Part shown: piece by piece, positions 17,944-26,732 of the stretch
How positions within the stretch are numbered: the first letter of the stretch is position 1
How the letters are laid out: each line of letters opens with the position of its first letter
Assembly: GCA_035285125.1 (NCBI GenBank)
Contig: JAYKHR010000055.1
Span: 1-34,965, forward strand
DNA length: 34,965 nucleotides
Source of the DNA: Candidatus Sericytochromatia bacterium
GTDB lineage: Bacteria; Cyanobacteriota; Sericytochromatia; S15B-MN24; JAQBPE01
Direction: 5' to 3'
Made by a program: the position numbers and the translations under genes
Notes under the pieces: generated by a model
Told to the model about the DNA's origin: nothing
The model's input: only the letters and a program-made list of their open reading frames with translations
The model's database searches: none

Positions 17944-18216
17944 CTAGTGGTGGTGGTCGCCAGCCTTGTGGTCGTGGCCGTGGTCAGCCTTTTCGTGCGC
18001 GTCATGGCCCTTGGCATCCGCAGCAGCCATCTCGTGGTGACACTTGGGGCACTTGCCGGCCTTGTCCGCCGTGGTCTTGCACTTCGCGCAATGGAACTTG
18101 GCGGCAGCCTTGGCAGGCGCAGCGGCCTTGTGGCCACCCTCATGGTGGTTGGCGAACGCGGCGGGGGCGCCGACGAGCGCGCAGCAGAGGGCAGCACCGA
18201 GCAGACCGTACTTCAT
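17944..18216 (-). CDS. Small secreted His-rich metal-binding protein (HMBD-like)
   Basis: Signal peptide ending AFA; FHCAKC...KAGKCPKCHHEM; His-rich tail ending DHHH. Confidence 0.8.
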   Translation of the reverse strand: MKYGLLGAALCCALVGAPAAFANHHEGGHKAAAPAKAAAKFHCAKCKTTADKAGKCPKCHHEMAAADAKGHDAHEKADHGHDHKAGDHHH

Positions 18217-18347
18217 GGTGAGATGCTTCCTTTCGAGAAACGATGAGAGGAGCGACTTACGCCTCAACCTACCCCAACAGGCAGCCGGCTTCACGGAGGG
18301 CGTAACAATTTTTCGGGCCACCGCCGCCGCGCCGCGCCGCGCCGCGC

Positions 18348-19538
18348 TCAGGGCAGCACCAACCCGGGCGGGAACAGCAACCCCCCGACGGTGTGCAGCA
18401 CGCCGTTGCCCGCGAAGCGGTCCGGCGCCACCACCGCCTGCCCGGCGATCCGCAAGGGGCCGGTCGTGACCGGCAGCGCAGGCCCGAGCAGGCTCGGCAG
18501 GCCCCCGGCGCCGAGCTGGCCCGAGGGCCGCTGGCCGTCGACGACGTGAAAGCTCAGCAGGCTCGCCAACGTGGCCTGGTTCGCAGGCTGCAGCAGCCGG
18601 GCGAGGGCACCGGGGGCCAGCTGGTCGAAGCCCGCGTCCACGGGCGCGAAGAGCGTGAAGGGCCCCGTGCCCCGCAGCGTCGGCCCCAGGCCGGCGGCCG
18701 TGATCGCCTGCTGCAGCAAGGAGAGCTCCGGGCTCGAGGCCACGAGGTCCGCCAGCGTCGCCGGGCCGATCACGAGGTCCGGCGGCACGAGCACGGCGTC
18801 GATGGTGTGCACGAGGCCGTTGCCCGCCCGCAGATCCGCCCGGGTCAGGGCCGCCCCCGCGACGAGCGGCTGCCCGTCCCGCGTCGTGATGGCCAGGCTC
18901 ACGCCGTCGAGCGGCGTCAGGCGGCCGTCCACCAGCCTGCCACGGTCGAGCGAGCCCGTGACGGCGTGGTGCGTGAGGATGCGCGTCAGGGCCTGGCGGT
19001 TCTCGGGCCGCCGCAGGGCTGCGAGGTCCCCCACGGGCAGCTTCGCGAAGGCGGCCTCGGTGGGCGCGAAGAGCGTGATCGGGCCAGGCCCTGCCAGGGT
19101 GACGGCCAGCCCGGCGAGGCCGATGAGCTCGGCAAGCGTGCGCGTCTCGGCCAGCCCGTCCACCAGCGCCACCACCGTGGCAGCCCCGCTCGCGGCCGGA
19201 TCCAGCGTCGGCGTCGCCGTCGGCGTCGGGGTGGGGGCAGGGCTCGGCGGCTCCGGCGTCAGCAGCGGCGCGGGTGCCAGCGAGCCGGGCTCCCCGGGCG
19301 GCAGCCCCACCACGGGCGCCACGGTGGGCAGGGGTGAGACGCCGCTGGCACCGGGCGCCGTGGGCACCGGCGAGGCCGGGAACACGGTGGGGGCCTCGCT
19401 GGGCAGCGGGCTCGGGGACAGCGTCGCGAGGGTCACCCCCGGCGTCGCGGCGGGGCCCACGGGGACCAGCCTGGCCTGCGTGCAGGCCAGCAGGCCGCAG
19501 GCCGCCAGCGCCAGCGCGAGGCGCCCTGCGCGCCTCAC
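18348..19538 (-). CDS. Fasciclin (2x FAS1) lipoprotein
   Basis: Lipobox LLAC, Pro/Thr linker, two T(L)FAP..AF/GF and NG..H.. motif sets; GTGA overlap with the upstream gene. Confidence 0.88.
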   Translation of the reverse strand: MRRAGRLALALAACGLLACTQARLVPVGPAATPGVTLATLSPSPLPSEAPTVFPASPVPTAPGASGVSPLPTVAPVVGLPPGEPGSLAPAPLLTPEPPSPAPTPTPTATPTLDPAASGAATVVALVDGLAETRTLAELIGLAGLAVTLAGPGPITLFAPTEAAFAKLPVGDLAALRRPENRQALTRILTHHAVTGSLDRGRLVDGRLTPLDGVSLAITTRDGQPLVAGAALTRADLRAGNGLVHTIDAVLVPPDLVIGPATLADLVASSPELSLLQQAITAAGLGPTLRGTGPFTLFAPVDAGFDQLAPGALARLLQPANQATLASLLSFHVVDGQRPSGQLGAGGLPSLLGPALPVTTGPLRIAGQAVVAPDRFAGNGVLHTVGGLLFPPGLVLP

Positions 19539-19918
19539 GAGCGGCCCCGCGCGGCCCCGCGCCAGGCGTCCCACAAGCTGTAGGCGATCACCGCCAACAG
19601 GGCCGTCACCCAGCCGAGCAGCGGCAGCACCCGGCCCGGCCCGAAGGCCTGCACGAGCTGCGCCGACGCCTGCGGGTCGGAGAGGCGCTCCACGGCGGCG
19701 AGCCCGGCCGCCTCGTCGCCCAACCCGGCGACAAGCGCCCCGGCCTCTCCCAGGGTGCCAGCGAAGGCGCCACCAAAGGCCAGGAACACCGCGACCGCCT
19801 TGCCCCACTCAGCGTTCACGACCTGCCCGAGGCCCGGGAAGAGCAGGGCCGCCGGCACGGCTCCAAGACGCCGGAGCCAGGTGGCGCGGCGTTCAGCGGG
19901 CGGCAAGGGCTCAGCCAT
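19535..19918 (-). CDS. Small membrane protein with PGLGQ motif
   Basis: LLFPGLGQVVN..WGKA and YSLWDAW; GGAGG RBS. Confidence 0.7.
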   Translation of the reverse strand: MAEPLPPAERRATWLRRLGAVPAALLFPGLGQVVNAEWGKAVAVFLAFGGAFAGTLGEAGALVAGLGDEAAGLAAVERLSDPQASAQLVQAFGPGRVLPLLGWVTALLAVIAYSLWDAWRGAARGRS

Positions 19919-20155
19919 GGGCCCTCCGGCCCGCGGTCGGGGCTGCTGCGACGGGGAGGCAACGGGACATGGCAAGCTCCTGGGCGCCGCGCGGCGCAGG
20001 CCCCATGATAGCGAGTTCGGCGCGGCGTGTCAGGCTGGGCCCGAGACGCCGCGGGGAGATGGAGGGGCCGCGCCGCCAGCCAGGGCGTCAGGGGCAGGGG
20101 GCGTGTCGGCTCGCCCCCCGTGAAGGGAGCGGCCCGACGTCAGCCCGGGACGCTG

Positions 20156-21580
20156 TCAGCGCCGCTTCCCGCCATAGCGCTCCAGCAGGTGGGCGGGGAG
20201 GCGGTTGCCCTTGACGATCGCCTGGTAGACGGCCGCACTGGCGGTGGGGAACCGGCGCAGCTCCGGATCCCGCCGGTCGACGCCATAGAGACCGAACTTG
20301 GGCTCGTAAGACCCCCACTCGTAGTTGTCGACCAGGGTCCAGTGCATGTAGCCGAGCACCGGGACCCCTTCCGCCATGGCCCGCCGCAGGTGCAGCAGGT
20401 GGTTGACGATGTAGGCCTCGCGGGTCCAGCCGTCGGGCCGGGGGTTGTCGGACGGCGTGGGCATCCCGTTCTCTGTCACCATGAGGGGCAACCGGTAGCG
20501 GGTGTGCAGCTTCTTGGCCACCTCGTAGAGCCCCTCAGGGTAGATCGGCCACTTGGCGTAGTTGCCGATCAGGGGCACCTCGTTGGCCTTCACGGCGTAG
20601 AAGTAGTTGAAGGCCACGTAGTCGAGGAAGCGCTTCTCGCCTGGGCGATCGCCCCCAGCCCCCTGGCTCCGTGGCGAGCTGAACTGGTCGAGGAAGCTGG
20701 GCACATCAACGTAGAAGCCGCTGCGGACGGGCGTCTCCGCCTCGCCCTGGCCGGCAGGGTAGTTGGGGTCCGTCGTCCGCGAGTGGATGACGATCGGGTT
20801 GATGCTGACCATCGCGTCGGCGTCCGCCGCGTGGACGGCCTCGTAGCCGAGCTTATGGGCCCGCGAGATGTTGGCCATCACCGTCGAGTAGGCGAAGGGG
20901 TTGACCTTGCCTGGAGGCATCAGGCCAGCGAGGTACCCCACCATGGCGTAGGTGTTCGGCTCGTTGATGGTCAGCCACCAGCGAACCGAGGCCCCGTACT
21001 CGGCCGCGGCCCAGCCAGCGAAGCGGGCGAACTCGGGCGCCATCCGGTCGGCCTCCCAGCCCGTCCGCCCCTTCGGATCGGGGGTGTCGAGCCAGGCCGG
21101 GTAGGTGAAGTGCACAAGCGTGACGATCGGCGTCATGCCCCGGGCGCGCACGGCCGCGATGACGTCGTGGTAGTGCTTCACGGCCTCTGGATCGAATCGG
21201 CCGGGCTCGGGCTCGAGGCGGGCCCACTCGAGGCTCAGGCGGTAGGCTTTCAGGCCGAGGCCAACTGCGAGATCGAGGTCCTCCTCGTAGCGGCGCCAGT
21301 GGTCAATGGCGGGCCCGATCGGCTGAGAGACCTTGCCGGCCCGGGCCCACGCCGCCCAGTTGCTGGTCTGATCGCCCCCCTCGGTCTGGAAGCCGGAGGT
21401 CGCGACGCCCCACAGGAAGTCGTTCGGGAAGGGCTCCGCGCCGGTCGAGAGCGTGCGCACGCCGGCGCGGCCCGCCAGCAAGGGTGCCAGGACCCGCCCC
21501 GCGACCGATCCACAGCCCGCCAGCCAGGTCGCCATCAGGCCCAGCGCCACGCCACTGCGCACCCAGGAAGCGAACCGCAC
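20156..21580 (-). CDS. Glycoside hydrolase family 1 with lipoprotein signal
   Basis: FLWGVATSGFQTEG, YRLSLEWAR, TINEP (acid/base), VTENG (nucleophile), DNYEW; lipobox LAGC; GGAGG RBS before GTG 21580. Confidence 0.92.
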   Translation of the reverse strand: MRFASWVRSGVALGLMATWLAGCGSVAGRVLAPLLAGRAGVRTLSTGAEPFPNDFLWGVATSGFQTEGGDQTSNWAAWARAGKVSQPIGPAIDHWRRYEEDLDLAVGLGLKAYRLSLEWARLEPEPGRFDPEAVKHYHDVIAAVRARGMTPIVTLVHFTYPAWLDTPDPKGRTGWEADRMAPEFARFAGWAAAEYGASVRWWLTINEPNTYAMVGYLAGLMPPGKVNPFAYSTVMANISRAHKLGYEAVHAADADAMVSINPIVIHSRTTDPNYPAGQGEAETPVRSGFYVDVPSFLDQFSSPRSQGAGGDRPGEKRFLDYVAFNYFYAVKANEVPLIGNYAKWPIYPEGLYEVAKKLHTRYRLPLMVTENGMPTPSDNPRPDGWTREAYIVNHLLHLRRAMAEGVPVLGYMHWTLVDNYEWGSYEPKFGLYGVDRRDPELRRFPTASAAVYQAIVKGNRLPAHLLERYGGKRR

Positions 21581-21664
21581 CTCGAACCTCCAAAGTACAG
21601 CGGACGCGGCCCCCGCGCCACACCATGAATTGTGCACCCGACGGCCGCCAAAGTTGCCCGAGTC

Positions 21665-21694
21665 AGGTGAAAATCAGATTAAGTTGTAGTTAAT
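21665..21694 (-). promoter_or_regulatory. Triple 11-bp-periodic direct repeat (Pho/OmpR-type box)
   Basis: Minus strand ATTAACTA-caa-CTTAATCT-gat-TTTCACCT, 30 nt upstream of a CACAAT -10-like hexamer. Confidence 0.55.
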
Positions 21695-21712
21695 GAACCC
21701 GATGCCGGCCGT

Positions 21713-22858
21713 TCAGAGCGGCACCTGCAGGCCGAACACGGGCCCTTGCCAACCGAGCGAGGCCCCCGCGATCGAGCCCGTCAGGGCCAGGCCCCGCCAG
21801 CCGCCGCGCAGCCGCACGGGTCCGAGGCGCCCGGCGAGGCCCCCGTAGCCGTCCGCAAACATCGCAAGGGGCAGCCCGAGGCCCCAGTGGCCCTCGGCCT
21901 CCAGCCAGGTGGCGTCGCCCAGAAGGGGCCACTGCCCCTTCACGCCCACGGCCCCGAGGTGGGTGGGCTCGGCGCCCAGCACGAAGCCCCGCCACCCGAA
22001 GCCGAGGGCAAGCCGCCCCTGGGCGTCGCGCCAGCACGCCCGGCCATCGAAGGCCTGCCGGCCGTCCGACAGCAAGGCAAAGCCGGCGTCGAGGCCCCAG
22101 TCGCCACGCCAGTAGGCAAAGCTGCCAGCCCAGGCGGGCCGGGCCAGATCCACCGTCGTGGCGCCTGGCGCCGTCGGCACGAGCCAGAGCCCCGCATCGG
22201 CCTCGAGCGTCGGGCGGCCGGCAGGGTCGGGCGCCCCCTCCAAGAGCAAGGCCGGCCGCTCCACGACGGTGGGCCGGGCGGGCTCCGGCAGGTCGAGGGG
22301 GTCGACGGGTTCGGACACCTCGAACACGTCCGGCGTGACCTCCCGCTGCGAGAGACGGACAGGCTCGCTGATCCTGACGGGCGGGTCCGGCGGCAGCACC
22401 GGCAGCCCGATCGGCGGGGACCAGGCGGCGGGCTGACGCTCGGAGACGGAAGCCACCTCCCGCAGGGCCGGTCGCGAGGGCACGGCCGCTCCCGCCAGGG
22501 CTACCTCGCGGGGCGCGAGCAGCTTGTAGCCCCGCCGCAGCAGGGCGTGCTGCAGGGCCGCCACCCCCGGCCCGCGCGAGCCCCGCCGCATCGGCAACCC
22601 CGGGCGCAGCCCCAGGGCCCGCTGGGTGCGGGAGCCGGCCACGCCCGTGGCGGGCAGCTTCATCACCTGCTGAAACCGGCGCACCGCAGCCTCGGTGCCG
22701 GCGGCGTACAGGCCGTCCACGCCGACCTGATGGGCCGCCCGCACCCGTGCCGAGGCCGGATACGAGGACCGCGCCGGGTAGGCGTTGGCCGCCGGGGCTG
22801 CGACGCAGCAAGCGAAGGCAAGGCCGAGGGTGGTCACCAGGGGAGGGAGGGCGGGCAT
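21713..22858 (-). CDS. Peptidoglycan-binding domain + Pro linker + beta-barrel protein (paralog 2)
   Basis: Signal peptide; VDGLY..GTEAAVRRFQ....LPATGVAGSRT; amphipathic strands in the C-terminal region; AGGAG RBS. Confidence 0.8.
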   Translation of the reverse strand: MPALPPLVTTLGLAFACCVAAPAANAYPARSSYPASARVRAAHQVGVDGLYAAGTEAAVRRFQQVMKLPATGVAGSRTQRALGLRPGLPMRRGSRGPGVAALQHALLRRGYKLLAPREVALAGAAVPSRPALREVASVSERQPAAWSPPIGLPVLPPDPPVRISEPVRLSQREVTPDVFEVSEPVDPLDLPEPARPTVVERPALLLEGAPDPAGRPTLEADAGLWLVPTAPGATTVDLARPAWAGSFAYWRGDWGLDAGFALLSDGRQAFDGRACWRDAQGRLALGFGWRGFVLGAEPTHLGAVGVKGQWPLLGDATWLEAEGHWGLGLPLAMFADGYGGLAGRLGPVRLRGGWRGLALTGSIAGASLGWQGPVFGLQVPL

Positions 22859-22923
22859 GCGGGCTCCTGAAGGCTGGCGTTCCAGCGCCAACAGCATACC
22901 TGGCCGCCGCGCCGACGGCCAGC

Positions 22924-22951
22924 AAAAAGCCCCGGGCAAACCACCCGGGGC
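22924..22951 (-). terminator. Intrinsic terminator between the two paralogs
   Basis: GCCCCGGG/CCCGGGGC stem followed by TTTTT on the minus strand. Confidence 0.75.
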
Positions 22952-23000
22952 AGCATCCGGCCGGGAGCCCGAAGGCCCCCGGCCGGACCGAGCGAGCGCC

Positions 23001-24095
23001 TCAGAAGCGCAGCCCGATCGTGCCGTACGGCGCCTGCGTCCAGACCAGCGACGACGTGCCGGCGAAGCCCGACAGGCCCAGCGCCCGCCAGCCCGCCTCG
23101 GCCTGCACGGCCCCGAAGCCGAGGCCCAGGCCCACGCGGCCGTCGGCCATCCAACCGGTGCCGAGGTTGGTACCTCCCAGGGCGCCACCCTTGAGGGCGA
23201 GGGTGTCCCCGACGAGGGGCAGCTCGAAGCCGTACGCGAGGGTGCCGAGGTGATTGCCACCCACGTTGCGGTAGCCGAAGCCGAGCTGGTTCGCGCCGTC
23301 ATCGTCCCGCCACGTCAGCTGGGCGTCCGCCATGGTGGCGGGGGCCAGCACCTGGGTCCGCTCCACGAAGAAGGCCGGCATGTTGGTGACCTCGCCCGCC
23401 AGGCCCCAGTCTCCGGACCAGAGCTGCAGGCCGCCCATGTAGGCCGGCTTGCTGAGGCCCCAGTCGAAGTCGTAGGCGCTGGAGAACTTCGGCAGGAACC
23501 AGTTGCCACCGTAAACAACAAGGAAAGGCCGGTCATCCGTGGCCGTGGGGGCGGCTGGCGTGGCGGGCGCGGGCTTCCAGGGCTCGGGCGTGGGCGCGGG
23601 CGCCACGCTCGGGGCTGCCGTCCAGGGCTCGACGGGCTTGGCCGCGGGCGCCGCCACCGGCGCCGCGGGCCGGGCAATCGGCGCAGCCGGCTTGGCGGCG
23701 GCAGGCTTAGCCTCTGCCGCATCGGCCTCGTGCCAGATGTGCTCATGGTGGCTCAGGATGTGCTGGGCCGTCCGGATCTCCTCGTTGGCCTCCTTGACCA
23801 TCCCGGGCCGCAGGGGCGCGCCCGGCTTGAGGCCGAGCATCTTGCGGGTCTCGGTGCCGATGATGCCGTCGACCTTGATGCCGTGCGTCTTCTGGAAGCG
23901 GCGGATCATGGCCTCGGTCAGGGGGCCGAGCTTGCCGTCGAGCTTCAGGTGGTGCTTGTGCTGCTCAGCCAGGGTGTGCGCAGCCGCGTCTGCGTCGCTG
24001 ACGGGTGCCGTCTGCGGGTGGGCAAGGGCGGGCGCAGCCACGGCGAGGGTGGCGGCGAGGCCAAGCGCGAGGCCGGGCAAGGTGCGGTGGGACAT
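23001..24095 (-). CDS. Peptidoglycan-binding domain + Pro/Ala linker + beta-barrel protein (paralog 1)
   Basis: LDGKLGPLTEAMIRRFQKTHGIKVDGIIGTET; C-terminal YGTIGLRF beta-signal; AGGAGG RBS. Confidence 0.85.
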   Translation of the reverse strand: MSHRTLPGLALGLAATLAVAAPALAHPQTAPVSDADAAAHTLAEQHKHHLKLDGKLGPLTEAMIRRFQKTHGIKVDGIIGTETRKMLGLKPGAPLRPGMVKEANEEIRTAQHILSHHEHIWHEADAAEAKPAAAKPAAPIARPAAPVAAPAAKPVEPWTAAPSVAPAPTPEPWKPAPATPAAPTATDDRPFLVVYGGNWFLPKFSSAYDFDWGLSKPAYMGGLQLWSGDWGLAGEVTNMPAFFVERTQVLAPATMADAQLTWRDDDGANQLGFGYRNVGGNHLGTLAYGFELPLVGDTLALKGGALGGTNLGTGWMADGRVGLGLGFGAVQAEAGWRALGLSGFAGTSSLVWTQAPYGTIGLRF

Positions 24096-24198
24096 CGTTC
24101 CTCCTGCGAGTGGGGTGCGGCGACGAAGAGAGGCCCTGTCACCGGCCTGTTATGATTGGGCCCAAGCATACTCCAAGGATTCCGACACCGCCAGCCTG

Positions 24199-24675
24199 AT
24201 GCCGCACCCCTGGTTGATCGTCACGCCCTCCGCCTCGCCGCCCACCCCGGCGGCGCTGGAGGGCGTTCTGCGGGCGTGTGAGCCACCGCTGACGCTCCAC
24301 GCCGAGATGGCCCCCGAGGGGCCAGGCTGGGACACCCTGGCCTTCGGCCCGCCGGGGGAGGCACCAAGCCTCTTCCTGGAGGCCGAGCCGACGGGCGAGC
24401 CCGACAACTGGCTCGTGCAGGCAGAGCTCGCCCGCTGGCGCCGGGACATCGCTACCCTGCCTGCCTGCGCGGGCCGGCTCGAGGCCCAGCGCCGCCTCGC
24501 CACGGCCCGCTGGCTCTTCGCCATCCACCTGATGCCAGTGCCCCCTGAGGCGTCCCCCATGTGGCAGGCGAGCGAGGCGCTGGCGGCCACGCTGGCCGCC
24601 GCGCCCGGGGCGCTGATGTGGGTGGCGGGCGCAGGCTGCAACCTCGACGGCGTGCCGCTGGAGGGCTGGCGCTGA
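24199..24675 (+). CDS. Hypothetical protein
   Basis: Globular-looking 158 aa frame from ATG 24199; CATACT -10-like hexamer upstream. Confidence 0.65.
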   Translation: MPHPWLIVTPSASPPTPAALEGVLRACEPPLTLHAEMAPEGPGWDTLAFGPPGEAPSLFLEAEPTGEPDNWLVQAELARWRRDIATLPACAGRLEAQRRLATARWLFAIHLMPVPPEASPMWQASEALAATLAAAPGALMWVAGAGCNLDGVPLEGWR

Positions 24676-24804
24676 GGGCCAGCCCGACAAAAACCCCGGG
24701 CCCCCACGGCTAAGCTCGAACCAAGCTGGGGTACAGAGGCAGGTGGGCCCGGCCTGGCGCCGGCCCCTTGTTGCACCCGATCACGCACCGAAGGAGCCGC
24801 CACC

Positions 24805-26451
24805 TTGCCCGCTCACCACGCACGCTGGGTCCCCCTCACTGCCCTCTCGCTGGCCCTGACGCTGGCCGGCTGCGTCGTCATGCCGGGCGGCCCGGTGGCG
24901 CCGACGGGCGAGAAGCCGGGCCAGGCCACCGGCGGCACGAAGCCCGGCACGGGCGTGAAGCCAGCCCCGGACCTCAAGACCAAGCCCAAGGCCGGCGACG
25001 CCGCGGCGCTGGACAAGCTCAAGAACAGCGGCCGCGTGCAGATCGCCTTCAAGGGCCTGACGCCCAGCAAGGCTGCCGCAGCCGCCCAGGCCGCCGGGGC
25101 GGTCGTGGCCAAGCCCGGCGGCGGCATGGTGTCGAGCAACGGCGCCTCGCTGCGCAAGCCCTTCCAATTGCTGCAGACCACGGCGGAGATCGCCCGGGTG
25201 GAGATCACGCTGACGAGCGCCAAGGGCTTCTCCCAGACCCAGTCCCTCACGCGCACGCAGCTGATGGCCCCGTGGGTCACGATGTTTTTCGAGGCCGTCC
25301 CCGTCGGGGAGACGTCGCTGACGGCCAAGGTTTACGACTTCGCCGGGTCGCCCATCGGTAACGGCACGCAGACCTTCACCGTCAAGCGCGGAGAGGTCAC
25401 GGAGGTCGCGCTCAACGTGAAGCTCGCCGCGATGGGCGGCGTCGGCGCGACGATCTCCTTCGAGGACGTCGACGTCGAGGAGGCCAACATCACGGGCCAC
25501 TGGGTCGTCGGCGGCGGCGACTCACCCCCGCCCTACCCGATGTCGGGCTGCGGCGAGGGCTACGTCTGGTCCGTCAACCAGTACGGCGACAGCCTGCAGG
25601 CCAGCGTCAAGGGCTACAACGACGAGAGCAACCCGGACGAGAAGCACCGCAACATGTACTGGTCGGAGGAGGCCTACGGCACCATCCACAAGAACGAGGT
25701 GCGCCTGTCGGGCCGCGTGATCTACACCGACGACCAGGGCAACATGGCGGCGCCCATCGAGGAGGTCGAGTACAAGCTGACCTTCGACCCCAACATCTGG
25801 CGGCTCACGGGCACGCGGAACGACCAGCCCGGCTGGGCCGTGCCCTACATCATGGAGCCCGGCTGTGGCGAGCCGCCCGTGATGCCGATGCCGATGCCGA
25901 TGCCGTCGGCCATCCCATCGTGGGGCCCCTACCCCTACGAGACGCCGGCCCCGGCGAAGCCCTACGTCCGCGTGCGCGGCACGATCTGGAGCAACGCCAC
26001 GGGCGGAGCCGTGCCAGGGGCCCAGGTGTGGTTCTACTCGATGGACGAGCAGAAGCCCTGGAGCGCCAGCACGGTGGTGGGGCCAGACGGCACCTACGAG
26101 CTCGCGGGCGTGCCGGTCCAGACCCTGATCAACGTGTATGCAACGGGACCGGACGGCAACGGCAGCTCGGACGGCTACACCCAGTTCTTCGGCTACGACA
26201 GCGACGCCTGGGAGAGCTACGACATCTGGCTGTCCCAGGGCTGCGAGGTCATGGTGGCGGATGAGGGGGTGACGTACTGTGCCACCCCCGCGCCCTCTTG
26301 GGAACCCACCTCCGGCCCTTACCCGATGACGCCCGCGCCCTCGTGGGAGCCCACCTCCGGCCCCTACCCGATGACGCCCGCGCCCTCGTGGACGCCGACC
26401 TCGGGGCCCTACCCGTGGCCCTCGGAGCCCCCGGCAACGCCCACGCCCTAG
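24805..26451 (+). CDS. Multidomain surface lipoprotein with beta-sandwich (carboxypeptidase-regulatory-like) domain and C-terminal repeats
   Basis: TTG start with AAGGAG RBS, lipobox LAGC, VRGTI....G.AVPGA.V....DGTYEL.GVP. Confidence 0.8.
   Translation: MPAHHARWVPLTALSLALTLAGCVVMPGGPVAPTGEKPGQATGGTKPGTGVKPAPDLKTKPKAGDAAALDKLKNSGRVQIAFKGLTPSKAAAAAQAAGAVVAKPGGGMVSSNGASLRKPFQLLQTTAEIARVEITLTSAKGFSQTQSLTRTQLMAPWVTMFFEAVPVGETSLTAKVYDFAGSPIGNGTQTFTVKRGEVTEVALNVKLAAMGGVGATISFEDVDVEEANITGHWVVGGGDSPPPYPMSGCGEGYVWSVNQYGDSLQASVKGYNDESNPDEKHRNMYWSEEAYGTIHKNEVRLSGRVIYTDDQGNMAAPIEEVEYKLTFDPNIWRLTGTRNDQPGWAVPYIMEPGCGEPPVMPMPMPMPSAIPSWGPYPYETPAPAKPYVRVRGTIWSNATGGAVPGAQVWFYSMDEQKPWSASTVVGPDGTYELAGVPVQTLINVYATGPDGNGSSDGYTQFFGYDSDAWESYDIWLSQGCEVMVADEGVTYCATPAPSWEPTSGPYPMTPAPSWEPTSGPYPMTPAPSWTPTSGPYPWPSEPPATPTP
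26284..26415 (+). repeat. Three-copy 45-bp coding tandem repeat
   Basis: Units at 26284, 26329 and 26374 encode TPAPSW(E/T)PTSGPYP(M). Confidence 0.9.
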
Positions 26452-26556
26452 GCAGCCGTGCCGACGGCGGCCCCGTCGGCCACACCGTCCCCAGGCCTCG
26501 TCTCCAGCAACCAGGCCGGCTACCGCCTGCGGCGCTGACCCGCGGCCAGATCACTC

Positions 26557-26593
26557 CCGAGTGCTGGGCCAGCGACGCTGGCCCAGCACTCGG
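26557..26593. repeat. Perfect 18-bp inverted repeat in a convergent intergenic region
   Basis: CCGAGTGCTGGGCCAGCG-A-CGCTGGCCCAGCACTCGG. Confidence 0.75.
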
Positions 26594-26732
26594 CGCGTCA
26601 GGCCGGGCCCTCAGGTCACGCTGGCGGGCCTACCCAGGCGCCCACCCAGCGCCAGGCCAGGCCCAAGCTCAGCCCGAGGTGGTGCTCAGCACCTCGGGCC
26701 CGCCCCGGGGTCTGCCAGGCGAGCCCCGCCCG

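Noticed and set aside
26284..26415. 45-bp repeats as a mini CRISPR array
   Set aside because: Contiguous in-frame coding repeats with no unique spacers
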